Positions 39,785-55,040 of a DNA stretch of 64,000 bases are shown here, in pieces. How positions within the stretch are numbered: the stretch's first letter is position 1; every line of letters starts with the position of its first letter. The notes beneath the pieces are model-generated. The model was not told the origin of the DNA. It did not search any database and saw only the letters and a list, made by a program, of their open reading frames with translations. The stretch comes from Octopus vulgaris (lineage: Eukaryota): assembly GCA_951406725.2 (NCBI GenBank), contig OX597830.1, positions 5,270,001 to 5,334,000 of the forward strand. The letters are read 5' to 3'. The translations under genes were made by a program, and so were the position numbers.

Positions 39785-40497
39785 ATGTCAGCACACATAC
39801 ATAGGCATGAGAAATATGTTTACAATAAATAAAGAAGAAAAATAACTTCATGCGGTCTCATGTAGCGCGGAAATAATTGAATTTTCGTGTTGGATGTAAA
39901 CATATTTACTTCCTCTGTGGAGGAGTTTGCGATGCCTAACGCTCAAATTCTAAAGATATTACAGATTTTGCTGTCATACTATTGTATACAAGAGGTGTGT
40001 GTTTGTGTGTGTGTGTACGTGTGTGTGTGTGTGTGCATGTGTGTGTGTGTGCGTGTGTGTGTGTGTATGTCTGTTGCACGAGTGTGAATCCATGTCCGCT
40101 TTTATGTTGATACCACCTGAAAAAAGTAACTTAGCAGTGTGACAAATGGGGTTCGACAAGATAGGTAAGAGATTCTACATGAAAAACAAAAGAAATACTG
40201 GGTTCAAAACGATCCCCAAAACATTTTGAAGGTGGAAACCCAATATGTCCGCCGTCCAATTTTGGAAAGAAGTAATAGTGATACATATTATACATACATA
40301 CCTATATGCATACACACATGCATACATGTATACACGCGGGTGCACGCGCACGCACACACACACACACAAACACAAAAATATCAGACACACATGTAGCTAT
40401 ATGCTCATATATATATATGTGTGTGTGTGTACGTGCGCAAGTATGCATGTATGCGTATATATATATATGCATATTTGTATGTATGTATACATGTATA

Positions 40498-40581
<84 letters not shown>

Positions 40582-42160
40582 TGTATATGAAGTGTGAATC
40601 TAACAGAGCGGCTTTTGGTGAGAAGCTTTAGTAGACAGCAGAAGTCCTGATATTAATTAAATTCAATGAACGTAAACATAAATTGTTACCTGATGATAGC
40701 CGAGAGTAAAAAATACCGTAGGGGAGGCACAGTTCACTGCTGGAAGCAGTGATTATGCTGTAAACTTGATTAATCTTTCGTCGTGCCTCTCGTTTCATTA
40801 GTGTCGTTGAAATCTGCCGAAGTTGTTTACAGAAAAGAAAGCAAGTATGTGACTACTGAAATTACTCTACTTCTTTCATTGGTGAGGTTGAAAATCTCTG
40901 GCATAACAAGCAAGTTCGTGTGGAGAGGTGGTTAGGTATGTTGTGCTAACTGTCGTTGACCGTGTGTTCGATTCTCTTGGACAGAGCGACAGGTTATGTC
41001 CTTGACAGAGACTAAGAGAGAGACGTATATAAGTTAAAACATGTATTTATTTATTTTATTCATTATTATTTTAATTATACATACACACACTTTATTTTAG
41101 TTTATTCAAGTTAGGAGGCGAATTGACAAAGCTGTTAGAGTCCGCCTATCTGCGCTCTGAGTTCAAATCGCACCGGAACGAACCTTGCCGTTCATTTTTT
41201 AACAAACTTTCTCACCAAGCTGTCTTTGTTGTGACTTTCAGTCGCCGAGCATGCAATAGGCCGTACTGGATTAGGTGTTACCAGCAGCGACCTGTGTGTG
41301 AGTAAATGCTTGAATGCAATCTCTTTAGTGTGAAAGAAAAGGAAAGTGTCAGTACTCAATACTGGAGATGAAGTATCAAAATATATTTATTAAACTGAAT
41401 TTCGTAACTTTGGGGTAGCTTATATACCGACGTGTCATTTTACACACACACGCACGCACACACGCACATACCTACACACACCTACACACACATATAACAA
41501 AATTGATGGAGAGATAGATATAATTATCTATAAATTTATGACAGCAGAACTTTCCGAAATAAACATACATTTCATTTTAATATTTCCGAGGAGGTTATAG
41601 AATGTTACAAAAACACTCAGAAACAGCCGTAAGTTGAACGTTATTACGTAACTCCCGTTCTTTTATTATTCATTAAATTACACACACACATACACACACA
41701 TACACGCGTACACACATAGACACACATGCACACACAAAACGCGCATGTATAGTATTTCATTAAAAATAGATATATTATTATTTAATTTAAATACAGTATG
41801 AATATATCATATTAAGAATATGTGGCTGAAGAATGAATACATAAAACTAACATGGCTTCAACTCTCTTAATATTGGCAGACATGTTTTTGCGTTTTTTTC
41901 CTTCTTGTGAAACAAGTGGACATATATACATTGGTTGTATGAAGCTTTCGTATCAATATATACCTTGAAATGTTGGAGTTAATAGAGATTTTTTAAAAAA
42001 ATAACAACTGGGGGCGCTTCTCTGCTGTAGCATTTCCGGTTTCACAGTTATTATAAGATATGCCGTTATGTATCGCTTGTTATGATTTTCCCCTTCAGGC
42101 TTTGAGCTTATGTAAGATTTCTATATTTCATAACGGCTGACAAATGCAGTTGCAGTGTGA

Positions 42161-42223
<63 letters not shown>

Positions 42224-42286
42224 AAGAGAGAGACGTATATAAGTTAAAATATGTATTTATTTATTTTATTCATTATTATTTTAATT

Positions 42287-42355
<69 letters not shown>

Positions 42356-42904
42356 AAGGGTGAGAGAGAGAGAGAAAAAAAAGAAAGAAATACGGATAGC
42401 AAAACAAAAACCAATGTCAAACAAAACGGGTAGAATATTTGTGTTGTTGTTGTTGTTGTTGCCAGGAAAGGCGCATGTCCGCTTTGCGTGCTATTAGTGC
42501 GTTAGTTTACTCGAGATATCATATTAGAAATATTACACAAACTATCTAATAACATGTTAAACCGCTTCTTTAACTTCTTCACAGATTCTCCTAACATATA
42601 CAAGTTTCTGTTGCTTTTATTTTTCAGCATTTGTTATATTTCTTTAAAATTGTTTTATTTTATCTTCTTCGTTAGACTCGACCTAAACGTGATATTTTCC
42701 CGTTTGCTTTCTTTTCTTTTTATTTCTTTCTTCTTTTTTTTATTTTGTATACTTATAGATTTCAGTTTTATTCCGAAATTCAATTCCGCAACTTTCTTCT
42801 AAGTAGGAGTGAAATCTATGACATGTGCCATTAGGAACTATAATGGATACATGACGATTTTGTTGAGTTTCACCGAATTTAATGTACTCTGACGCTTTCT
42901 TCAT

Positions 42905-42977
42905 CCTTCTTCTTCTTCTTCTTTCTTCTTCTTCTTCTTCTTCTTCTTCTTCTTCTTCTTCTTCTTCTTCTTCTTCT

Positions 42978-43033
<56 letters not shown>

Positions 43034-43078
43034 TTCTTCTTCTTCTTCTTCTTCTTCTTCTTCTTCTTCTTCTTCTTC
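42905..43078. repeat. Long (TTC)n/(GAA)n triplet repeat
   Basis: About 170 bp, nearly pure. Confidence 0.97.
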
Positions 43079-43754
43079 TAAGTTTACTGAGTGCGACGAG
43101 TTCAACTCGATTTGTGTTGTTTATTTTATTTTATTTTATTTTATTAATATTAATTCCGACTCTTTACGTCCTGAGTTCAAATTCCTAATTCAGACGGTAC
43201 ACTTCTCTGCATAAGACACCTTACACTATGCAACAACCAACCAATGAATTCAGACATACCCTTCTGTAATCGTCAGCTGAAATTACAACTCTTACGACTC
43301 ACAGAACTCATTTCCTACTCAGTTGTCTGCAAATCACGTAACCTAACACACGCAACACAAAGCACTGAAATAACCACAAAAGCAAAAAAATAAAAAAATA
43401 AAAACCCACTCCTACAAACAAAGCAAATCTGTTCTAATACTGAAACAAACGCTTTATTTCCACAAGATAACGCTGAACAAAATTCCAGGAACAAGTGTGG
43501 TGCCACTGGTGAAAGAATAGTGGGGCAATACCATAAATCTGTTGAAAATATGCTTCATTCGATCGTTCGTTCGTTTGTTTTCCTGCTGTTTTTTTTTATA
43601 AAGTTAACATGAGTGAGATGAATATGTCGAGAACCATTGTCTTACAACCGGATATTCATGTCACCAAACAACGTGTGTTCCAAATAAAGGATCCCTCTCT
43701 CTTATTTCACACGTCTTTGAAGGCACATTGTCAATGTATTCTTGAACGAGGCAG

Positions 43755-44392
43755 TAACACTCCCCATTGATGGTGTAGCCCTTTTGAAGAGAGTCCATAA
43801 ACACAATGCCTTTTGCATCCCTAAAAACTGAGGTCGTCACCTTCTTCTCAGATGAGACGACCCTGGCCTTCTTTGGAGCAGGTGAAGAGGCGGGTTTCCA
43901 CTGCATGGATTGTCTCTTTGTCTCTGGCTCAAAGTAATGAAACCAACACTCATCCTGGCTCATGAAATTTCAAGGAAACCAGCTGGATACGCCTGGAACA
44001 ATGTCAGGCTTTCCCGTGATGTGATCAAGCTGGTACACTTTTGATATGGTGTCAAAGACGTGGCACACACTGAGCATAAACCTTCGCCATGCCAAGTTCA
44101 TTGTGCAGATTATTCTCAACTATCTCATGGGATATGCTAATAGCTTTGGTTATTTAGTTTATTAGTCGATCGCTGGTTATCCTTCAGCATGTGGAGACCA
44201 CTATCAATGTCTTCCTCTGTGGTGGCAGTTGCAGGACGTCCAGACATTGGGTCACCTTCAAGACTCTCCCTTTCCCTCTTAGATTCAGTTGTCCACGTTT
44301 GCAATGTTGTAAAGCTGGGGGTGGGGGGACCATCATCTAATGTAGCAAACATTTCAGTGTGAATGTCGTTGGGGACTAAACCCTTTTTCAGC
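43755..44392 (-). pseudogene. Degenerate mariner (Tc1/mariner) transposase, N-terminal two-thirds
   Basis: KKGLVPNDIHTEM...SLEGDPMSGRPATAT (HTH); CVPRL (WVPxxL motif); QDECWFHYFEPETKRQSMQW...KVTTSVFRDAKGIVFMDSLQKGYTINGECY (first catalytic D); frameshifts; no TIRs recognised. Confidence 0.9.
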
Positions 44393-45365
44393 TACAAGGG
44401 ACATTTTCCTTTTTTCTTTCTGTCGTTTTTACTCTTGCGAAGGATTGGTAGTCGGTAGTAGCAGTCTTAAAAGGGTGTGTGATATGAGTTCTTGGTTTTG
44501 ATTGTTTACACAGCAGTGGTGGACGCATTCAAAAAGCTTTTAGATTTTGTGATAAAATACGAAAAAAAAAAGGAAAATGTCCTTTGTATTTGAAAAGTAT
44601 AGAAATATTCAAAAAACCCCATTCCATTTAATTTTGCAAAGACTGAAACCAGTACTAAAATGTTCTTCATGATAAAATTATTTTATCATTTTCTACCTTG
44701 TTTTATTTTCCATATATATAACTATAGATGAAACAAACATTAAGCAATCGAAATAATTCAGACTAGTCAGTTTCATGTATTTGAGCAAAAAGGGTGAATA
44801 GAGTTTTATTAAATAACATACAAGATAAATTCTTGATATATTGAAGTTATCTCCGCTTCCAAAAGAAGTAGACAAATCACTCGGATGCAGCCGGGCCTTC
44901 TACAAATAAAAAAAGCGAAGTAATCTCAAGAATCCCGAAATCTCCAAAATTTGACGTGCCACGATGATAAAGACAATCTGACTGACTCAAAACAAAAGGA
45001 CGATTGTGATCACGCGTTCGATTGAAGACTTTTTATTCGTTGCGATGTCGAAACCAGATTTGGTGGATACGGTCAAAATGTGAAGAACGCAAATACCGTC
45101 TTTAGTTCGGCAGCGGTTTATCGAAATTTTGAGCTGTCCAAGGAGGTACCGCATGAGAAATATATCAAATTTTCAGTATGTTGCGAATTTGAGGTTTATT
45201 TCCTCATTTATGTGATTCGAATAATCATAAATTCATAGCACCGAGTACCTGCTGAGTCGTTGAGCACTCTCAGCGCTTAAATATCTCGTTCAGGTGAACT
45301 AAAATTGCGCTACGTATTTCCATGTGAATCTATCCTGTATATATCCTATATATACATATATATAT

Positions 45366-45410
<45 letters not shown>

Positions 45411-45657
45411 GCACACATGCACATACACGTACGTATACGACGGTACATGTGTATGTGTGAGTACATGTCAGTGTGTGAGTGTGTGTGTGCATTTTTAGTG
45501 TGTTAAGGAGAGAAAGGAAGAAATGAAAGTCTACATTCTATGCAGCAAAGTTAAACCATTCGCTTTAAGCTTTGACTTCACCGATTCGTGTACTTGTGTT
45601 CTTGCCTGTCTCTGCCTGGTCTTCATGCGTGTATATGCGAATATATATATACATAAA

Positions 45658-45701
<44 letters not shown>

Positions 45702-45942
45702 TAAATACATACATATATATATATAATATATATTTGTATATATATATAAAACACACACACACATATATATATATATATACATCTTTACATACATACATAC
45801 ATACATATAGGTTTGTATGTGTATGTGTATGTATGCATGTGTAAATGTGCACTGTTATGTATGTGTTTCTGTGAGTGCGTTTACATGCCTACATGTACGT
45901 GAATATGTATATGTGGATATGTATGTATGTGTGTTTGAATGA

Positions 45943-45987
<45 letters not shown>

Positions 45988-46899
45988 AGTATGTATGAGT
46001 ATATGTATATATGTGTATGTGTATGTAGGAAACTGTAGACACGTTCTTGAAGTATGATTTGAGAGAGCAAGAATGAAGAAATTTCCACAATGCTAAAGAC
46101 TAATTGAAACACACACACACACACACACACATACACATACACACACACCACGCAGCATACAGACTGCATTATACTCTCGTACACAATCACACACTAACAC
46201 ACACACACACACACACACTACACAGACACAATACACAGGTATCGACACACATCGCACACAAGCATTATAGACATTCACATGGTGCAGGTCACATACGCGC
46301 ACCCACACGCTTATACACACAAATACACACGCAATATACAAACGCAGACAATAGCACCCACACACACACTCGCATGTATACACACAAACACACACGCGTA
46401 CACACACATACACACATACCCATACACACGCACAGAATAGACACATGCACGGCGTAGTCATATATACAGTTCACATCAATGAAGCATGTTAAGAGATAGA
46501 AGCATAAATGCGCGTATAGACAGAACACAACCCAAAAAACAAAGTACACACACGCACACACACACTCACATACAAACACACACAACGCACACACGCACGC
46601 GCGCACACACGCGCGCACACATTGATGTGTTCATTGATGTGTTCCAGCAGAGAACACTTTATCGGTTTCCTATCCACAAGGCGTCTATTTTGCTCGTGGC
46701 CGACACCTGGTTTTCTAAGACTCGATGTCCGATAAATTGAACAAGACACCGATTCTCACATGAATCTACAGTTTAAACGCCATGACAGACCACGTGATTG
46801 ATGTCTTGTAGGAAAAGAAAATACGACTGTTGCTGTCACTATGGCTACTACTAACAACAATGCTAGTAGTAGCAGTAATAGTAGTGGTGGTGGTGGTAG

Positions 46900-47030
46900 T
46901 TAACTTATTTTATCGAACTCCGAAAAGGATGAAAAGCAAAGTCGATCTCGGCGGAATTTGAACCCACAACTCAAAGACGTACGAAATACCGCTAAACAGC
47001 TTGCCCGGCCTGATAACGATTTTACCAGCT
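46900..47030 (-). mobile_element. SINE family B fragment
   Basis: gaaaaggatgaaaagcaaagtcgatctcggcggaatttgaac. Confidence 0.75.
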
Positions 47031-47212
47031 CGATGATGGTGGTAATGATGATGATGATGAGGAGGAGGCGGAGGCTTCTTCATTTGCCAGAGGGGTATCA
47101 GATGGCATTATATAGACATTTGATATTTTTTTTTTGGGGGGGGGGGGTTATAGGGGAAGAAAGGGAGGTGAGAGAAAGTAATAGGATAATATGTATGTAT
47201 GATATAATAAAT

Positions 47213-48135
47213 AGGTGAGCTCAAGGACGATGTCGTCCTCCTGATACAAGAGGGCCTTCAATTAGTGCCAATCAAGGAACTCCACAGATTCAGGACCAAG
47301 GGTACAAGCGCTCTTTTTGTTCTCCATTTTACAGGCGCATGCTTGGAATGGTTCCATTCCCCTTAACCCTTTTCCCCAATCATCCCCTTATTGACAAAGT
47401 CAGCCTCTTTCGTCATAGACTCTATACAGAGGAACATCGCTTACCTTCATTTAAGGCGGGTGGTGAGGTGATCCTCATGACAGACTCCGCTGATAGTTGA
47501 ATTCATTCCATACGCGACAACTGTTTGACATAACTTCACATGTGAACAAGTTTTCTGATTATTGCACAAGTGTGTGCAATACGGTTTCGTTCCTCAGTGT
47601 GCAACTTGGTAAGTCCTGACTGGTAGCATTTTCGTACATACAGAGTTTATCGCGAGCCAGTAGTGACTCTTGGTTGCACTGCGAAGCCAAGGATTTCTGG
47701 AAGTTATCCAAAGTAGTCTCTGTACCAAAAATGCTTGAAAACAGACCAGCTAGTTCCTCGTCGTCGACACCTAAAGTTTCCCCGATCATATCATGCCTCC
47801 TACCCGCGACTAGTTCTGGATATATTGCTAAAGTAGAACTTCCAGCAATTGCATTGCCCAACTGTACAGAGCAGTGATCGACTGTTGACATCCGAAGTGC
47901 CATGCGATCGATCTTGGTCTTTTCTTGACCCAGGCTACAGCTCCGTCAAAGAGATGAGCTGCCGCAAAGCGTGTCTCACAAAAGAAAGCCGCATTTGCTC
48001 ACCGCTCGGTAAAATCAGCCGGTGCCACAGCTCCAGCGCATATCTGCTATTTACTAGCCATTGTATGATGAATCCACGTCCCAGAGAGCGCTGGTTGCAG
48101 ATGAACCATCTGACCAGTAGAACAAAATGCGGGGA
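47213..48135 (-). mobile_element. Tx1/L1-clade non-LTR retrotransposon ORF2 C-terminal fragment (zf-RVT region), degenerate
   Basis: LDNFQKSLASQCNQESLLARDKL...PSCTLRNETVLHTLVQ* resembles LPVRDKL...CPxC...ETxxHxLxxC; GC-richer block with stops and frameshifts. Confidence 0.7.
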
Positions 48136-48491
48136 CTATAGAATATTTTGCATTCTTATTAGAGACACTCAAATCTTCACAAATATTCACACCCACAATA
48201 ATTTCAATCTATTCAGAATTTATTGCATTTAAATCTATTCAATACTTTGGTAAATTTGCACGCGAATAAATTCTTGTATTTACAAAATATTTATTACTCC
48301 GATAATGTCTGAATCATTTTGAATTTAAATATGGAAATTGTCCAGCAATTTACGGTAAAATACAAATTGTATAAGGTTTGTTTTTCAAAGAACGCCATTT
48401 CGACTCAACTATTGAAATTGTAAATTCAAATTTATAGGTCATTCGGTTGAATGAAAAATTGAATATTCGAAATCGACTCAGGATCAACTTA

Positions 48492-48563
<72 letters not shown>

Positions 48564-49068
48564 CATATATACATGTACTTATCTATGTATGTTTGTATGT
48601 GTATATACTTGCATATGTATATATATATATATATATATAGATAGATATAGACATGTATACAAACGCGCACACACACTCAAAAACACATGCATGCACAAAT
48701 ATATATATATATACACACACGAATGTATATGTATAGATATACGTATACATTGAGAAACAGAAACATTCACATATGCACCTATATAGTTTTTGAATAAGGC
48801 CACGCAGCTCTTCCTGTCGCCTCTCTCTCCGCTGCTGCTGCTGCTAATCAAATGGAAGTCGTTAGGATTCTACTTCTACGCCAGAGATTAAAAATTCTTT
48901 GAAGAGTACAATTAAGAATCTTCTAAACGAGCAGCCACAATTAAGAATGAAGCATATATATATATATATGTACACGCATATGTACATTCACATATAACTA
49001 TAGACATATAGACATATAGATACATATACACATGCACACAGACCTGCATATATATTTCACAAACACTT

Positions 49069-49102
<34 letters not shown>

Positions 49103-49220
49103 CATATATATGTACACACACATACATACATACATTTATATATATAAATTGGTATATGAATACATTTATATGTATGTTTTATATATATATGTATGTATGT
49201 TTTAGGCATATATGTGTATG

Positions 49221-49268
<48 letters not shown>

Positions 49269-49290
49269 TGTGTGTATATATATATATATA

Positions 49291-49342
<52 letters not shown>

Positions 49343-49438
49343 AATATATGCATTCACACACACACACATACGCTTATGCACATACATGTGTATGCATATT
49401 GATATGCATGTACGTATGTACATACGTATATATATATA

Positions 49439-49482
<44 letters not shown>

Positions 49483-50159
49483 ATCTATGTATATATATAT
49501 ATATATACTCATAATATGCTATATATGTATGTATGTAGCTATATGTGTGTGTATGTGTATATGTATGTATATATATGCATATGTAAATGATGCGGAGGTG
49601 TGTTTAGATAATTTGTTTGCTACACAAATCAAAACAGTCCATTAAGAAGTAGACGTAAATGACGTTATCTAATTAGGAATTAGGTGAGTCTGTCTTTTTA
49701 GATGTTGTATCTATTCAGCTGTAACCTAATTATGATATACTCACACCTGTGAATAGAGAACCACTTCACTGCATATAACACAGGAACTTATTCTCACTGT
49801 CACACACACACACACACACACACATACACACACATTACACAGGACTACAAAGGGTCTAATAAACGTTTAGTCTCTACTTATTGAGCCATTTTCTAACCTA
49901 ATGTCTTTCTGTTCTATATAAATTTGTTACACGTACCAGCAGCATTGTGTTTACACATACACACGTGTGAGTGTGTACATATATATATATGTATACATAT
50001 TTATATATATATATATATGTATATATATTTATATATATGTATATATATATGTATATATGTTTATATATACATATACACATACGTATATATGTATGCATTT
50101 ATGTATATATATATATAGGCATATATATATATACATATATACATACATATATTATATGT

Positions 50160-50194
<35 letters not shown>

Positions 50195-51249
50195 GAGTGA
50201 GAAAGATAGATAAAGAGATATATAGATAGAAAATTAGATAAAAATAAATACACACGCACACATATATATCTGCACACACATACATAGATAGATGCACGTG
50301 TCTCTCAAGTACAGCCATATACAGCTGTAGTCCTACTTTAACTGAAGGATCACTGAATACATTCAAATAGACCATGAAACTTATTTTCGCAAAGAATACA
50401 TCAGCAATGACTTCAAACGTTCGACTTGCGCTCGCTTCATTCAGCGGTCAATCGTTTTCAAATTATATCAAAGGACATGACATCATAGCGTCACGACTAA
50501 ACGCCTTTTATAGTCTAAACAATTTTCACAAATTCACACATATTGTTCACCTAAACAGCCACAACAATTCTCAGGCAAACATTAGACTCTGCTCCCAACG
50601 CTGATCTACTGCCACCACTTAGTAAATACTTCAAAACATTTTCCGGACCACCAACTGATTTTTAATAAAGTAGAATCACATTTCTATGAAGAAAGGAGGA
50701 CATTTGCAAGCTTTAGGGAAGCACAGCAGAGAGTTCTCTTACACAAAAAAGAGTCAGAATTTTCAGCAGGCAATAACTCCAGCCCCACAGTCACCAACAT
50801 AGATACTCCAGTACAGACATCACAGGAAAAGATCACAGACACATCTCAGACATATATTTCACAAATTTGTCCTTCATATTAATTCCCAATCGAGGCACGT
50901 GACCTCATACCTCATATATATATCGTTGCTATTGTGCAAAAGTGTCATAATTCCAAAACGTTGCTTTTTCAGAAAACGGAAAAATAATTTCACCATTCCA
51001 TAGCTAAACCGTTGTAGTACACTGACAATTTTTCATATCTTGGCATCGGATGCAGCTAGAGGTACGATAGTTTGTCCAAAAGAACCGGCTATTACAAGCA
51101 AAAATAAATATTATATATATAACATATATATAAATATTGAAAGAAATAAAAAACGCAATTTGGCCAAATTTGGACATTCGACAGTTTAACATAATAGCAA
51201 CGATATACGTTTGGTGTTATACTTTCTTATTGGCATCACCAATCTGTAC

Positions 51250-51291
<42 letters not shown>

Positions 51292-51379
51292 TAGCGGCGT
51301 CCGTACCCTCTTTGGCCTTATGTAAGTATATATATTTGTATATATACATTTACTTATGTGTGTGTATGTATGTATATAT

Positions 51380-51431
<52 letters not shown>

Positions 51432-52071
51432 CCAGCGGGGTGGCGTCATTCGAAGGCTAAAACAATGCGAACGCATTGTGACCAGCGATGTGTAACTACA
51501 TCTGATGGACTGGTCGGTCACGTGATCACGTGATATATATATATATACATATATATATGTATGTATGTGTGTGTGTGTATGTATGTATATTTATATTGAT
51601 CTACATATTTATCTAGGTACGTAACAATATCAGTATGCACACACACACACACACACATATACACGCATACACATGTTGACTGAAAATATAGAGTAGTGAG
51701 GGTTATAAATGCAAATGAAGTGGAAGAGTTATAGCCAAGATTCGAACCGATGCTGCTGCTGTTTGAATCAAAGAGAACCAAGTAATTGGTGATTGCTTTT
51801 AAAGACGTTTGATTGTTAAATCTTGTACTCGATTTCATATGAGAACAAACGGCATGCATGGATTTGTTGCAGGTGCTCGTAATAGAATTGAGATAAAGTG
51901 GTATCTACATGGGATGGAGGCCCCGGTTCGTGTTCTCTTGGCGCAAATAAAACAACCAAGTGATGAGGGTTCAAGTCAGATCGGAAGTTTTCATGTGGCG
52001 GCCCGACATGCCTGAAATCTCTCAAATTACATTCTACCACCCTTAAAAGAGGAAGGGTACTACATCGAATA

Positions 52072-52450
52072 ATGGAGTGACTGCGTGGTAAGTAGCTTGC
52101 TTACCATCCACATGGTTCCACGTTCAGTCCCACTGCATGCCACCTTGAGAAAGTGCCTTCTACTATAGCCTCGGGCCGATCAAAATCTTGTGATTGGATT
52201 TGGTAGGCGGAAACTGAAAGAAGCCCGTCGTATATACGTGTTTGTGTGTGTGTGCATGTATGTGTGTATGTGTTTGCGTGTCTGTGTTCGCTCCCCACCA
52301 TCGTTTGACAACCGATGGGGGCGTGTCTACGTCCCTGTAACCTTGCAGTTCGGTAAAAGGGACCGATAGAATAAGTACTAGGCTTACAAAGAATAAATCT
52401 TGGGGTCGATTTGTTCGACTAAAGGCAGTGCTCCATCATTGCCGCAATCA
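52072..52450 (+). mobile_element. SINE family A, near full length
   Basis: ggagtgactgcgtggtaagtagcttgc...gataagtactaggcttacaaag. Confidence 0.88.
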
Positions 52451-52469
52451 GCTTATCCAGTCAGAGGAA

Positions 52470-52718
52470 CATCCTGTTCGTGAAATTAACGTGCAAGTGG
52501 CTGAGTACTCTACAGACATCAGCACCTTTAACTTATTTTTCCGGGAGATTTAGCATCATGCAGATTGTGACAAGGGTGTTACTAATTTTTGTTAGCTGAA
52601 TGCACTAGAGCAACGTGAAATAAAGTGTCTTGCTCAAGGATACAACGTAGCGCTAGGAATCGAACTGACAGCCTTACGATAGTTAGCCGAACACCCTAAC
52701 CACTAAGCCACGCGCCTT
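52470..52718 (-). mobile_element. SINE family C variant
   Basis: gagcaacgtgaaataaagtgtcttgctcaagg...aaccactaagccacgcgcc. Confidence 0.8.
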
Positions 52719-53106
52719 TACGGTAAGGCTACAAATTAATAAATAACAAGAATAAGACTCTGAGAAGTCGACGCCTTTCTGAAGAACATGAATGAAAGAA
52801 GTTGCTGTGACAGGGTTAGGGTTAAAACAGGAATAGAAACCGTAACACGGACACAGCTCACTCACCAAAGACATCATAGATCTTATTACACTACATTCAG
52901 CGCTTCATTCACCAAAAGGAATCGATATTCTTATTGGAATCTATTGACGATAAATAATTATCAATTTGAAAGAAGATATCGATTGTTGAATCTGTAAAAC
53001 ATCGTGTTCACCTCTCGAACAGTGAGACTTCTGTGAAAAGAGCCAAAACATAAAAACATACATACATATATACATTTACATATATACACATATACATAAT
53101 TGTGTG

Positions 53107-53192
<86 letters not shown>

Positions 53193-53251
53193 TATATATA
53201 AATATATATGTATGTACATATTTATATATGTATATGTGTATATGTGATATA

Positions 53252-53292
<41 letters not shown>

Positions 53293-53310
53293 TATACATG
53301 TGTATGTATG

Positions 53311-53341
<31 letters not shown>

Positions 53342-53342
53342 A

Positions 53343-53429
<87 letters not shown>

Positions 53430-53970
53430 CATACATATATATATATGTTTCTAGAAGTGAATTTATTGTTCGATATCAGGTGTTTGTGACGATGGGGGCG
53501 GGGAGGATGAGAAATTGTTATTGGAAAATACAAAGGAATATTGTAAGATAACGAGATCTCACAACTTGGAAAACGAAAATAACAAAACAAACAAACCCAA
53601 AAAATCAAAAAGCAAACAAAACCCCCACAAAACGAACCAAATGAAAGAAAAGATAAAAAAAAAAAACACGTGAAAAATAACAGAATTCAAAACAAAAACT
53701 GCTGTATAGGTAAATGTAATCATAACGTTGTTTCAGTAAATGACTTTCCATTGCCACAACCTCACTACAATTATTTCCTTTCCACGGCAATAGCGAGATT
53801 TCATAATAAAATGGAATAAAATCGGCTGTAAAGGTTTGTCAGGCAGATATATTCAATATTCACTGCTCCTCATATTGAGACTGTTTCGGGAAAAATAACA
53901 ACTTGATCTCACCAGTCAGGTTTATTGGTCGCTCGTATCAAGAAGTAACTCTATCTCTCGTGATTATATA

Positions 53971-54100
<130 letters not shown>

Positions 54101-54108
54101 TATATATT

Positions 54109-54139
<31 letters not shown>

Positions 54140-54152
54140 GCATATATGTATA

Positions 54153-54231
<79 letters not shown>

Positions 54232-54477
54232 GCAGATATGGGTACAGGACATCGCCAACGGTTCAAGCTACATGAAATACGTAAGCAAACGGGTTGAATA
54301 CATTAACAACGAGAAGAAGAAAATGGAGAACAGGATAAGTAGACACAGGGAAAGGACCCTTCATCAGTTGTCGGCTGTCTATCTACCACACACACACACA
54401 TACACACACATACACACAAACACACACACACATACGAATATACATACATACATACATATATATATCTATATATGTAT

Positions 54478-54745
54478 AATTCCCGGCGACGCGTCGTGTC
54501 CTTGAGCAAGACACTTTATTTCACGTTGCTCCAGTGCATTTAGCCGTCAAAAATGAGTAGTACCTGTATTTCAAAGGGCCAGCCTTGTCACACTCTGTGT
54601 CACGCTGAATTACTCTGAGAACTACGTTAAGGGTACACGTGTCTGTGGAGTGCTCAGCCTCTCAGACGTTAATTTCATAAGCAAGCTTTTCTGTTGATCG
54701 TATCAGCTGTGATCCTCATTGTCCTAGCCGAAGGATTGCTCCCAT
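54478..54745 (+). mobile_element. SINE family C variant, 5'-truncated
   Basis: gtgtccttgagcaagacactttatttcacgttgctccag. Confidence 0.8.
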
Positions 54746-55040
54746 ATACATACATATATACATACATATATATAATACTGATCCGTGGCAGAAAATTATT
54801 TACATATACACATAACAAGACAGGAAAATGGTAAATTTTCTATTCACCGTTACAGGTGTTTCATTTGCTAATATGAATTACAGAGATTTACATGTTATGC
54901 AAACATGTAAGGAATTTTCAAATAGAAATTCGTGAGACAGAAAAAAGTTTCATAATACAAGAATACATTTCGATGTGGTGTTTATATCCGATTATTAAGG
55001 TGGTATATCACAATTTTCCCTAGTAAAAGTAAGAGAAAAA

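Noticed and set aside
42740-43214. Poly-E and poly-S ORFs
   Set aside because: Produced by the (TTC)n tract.
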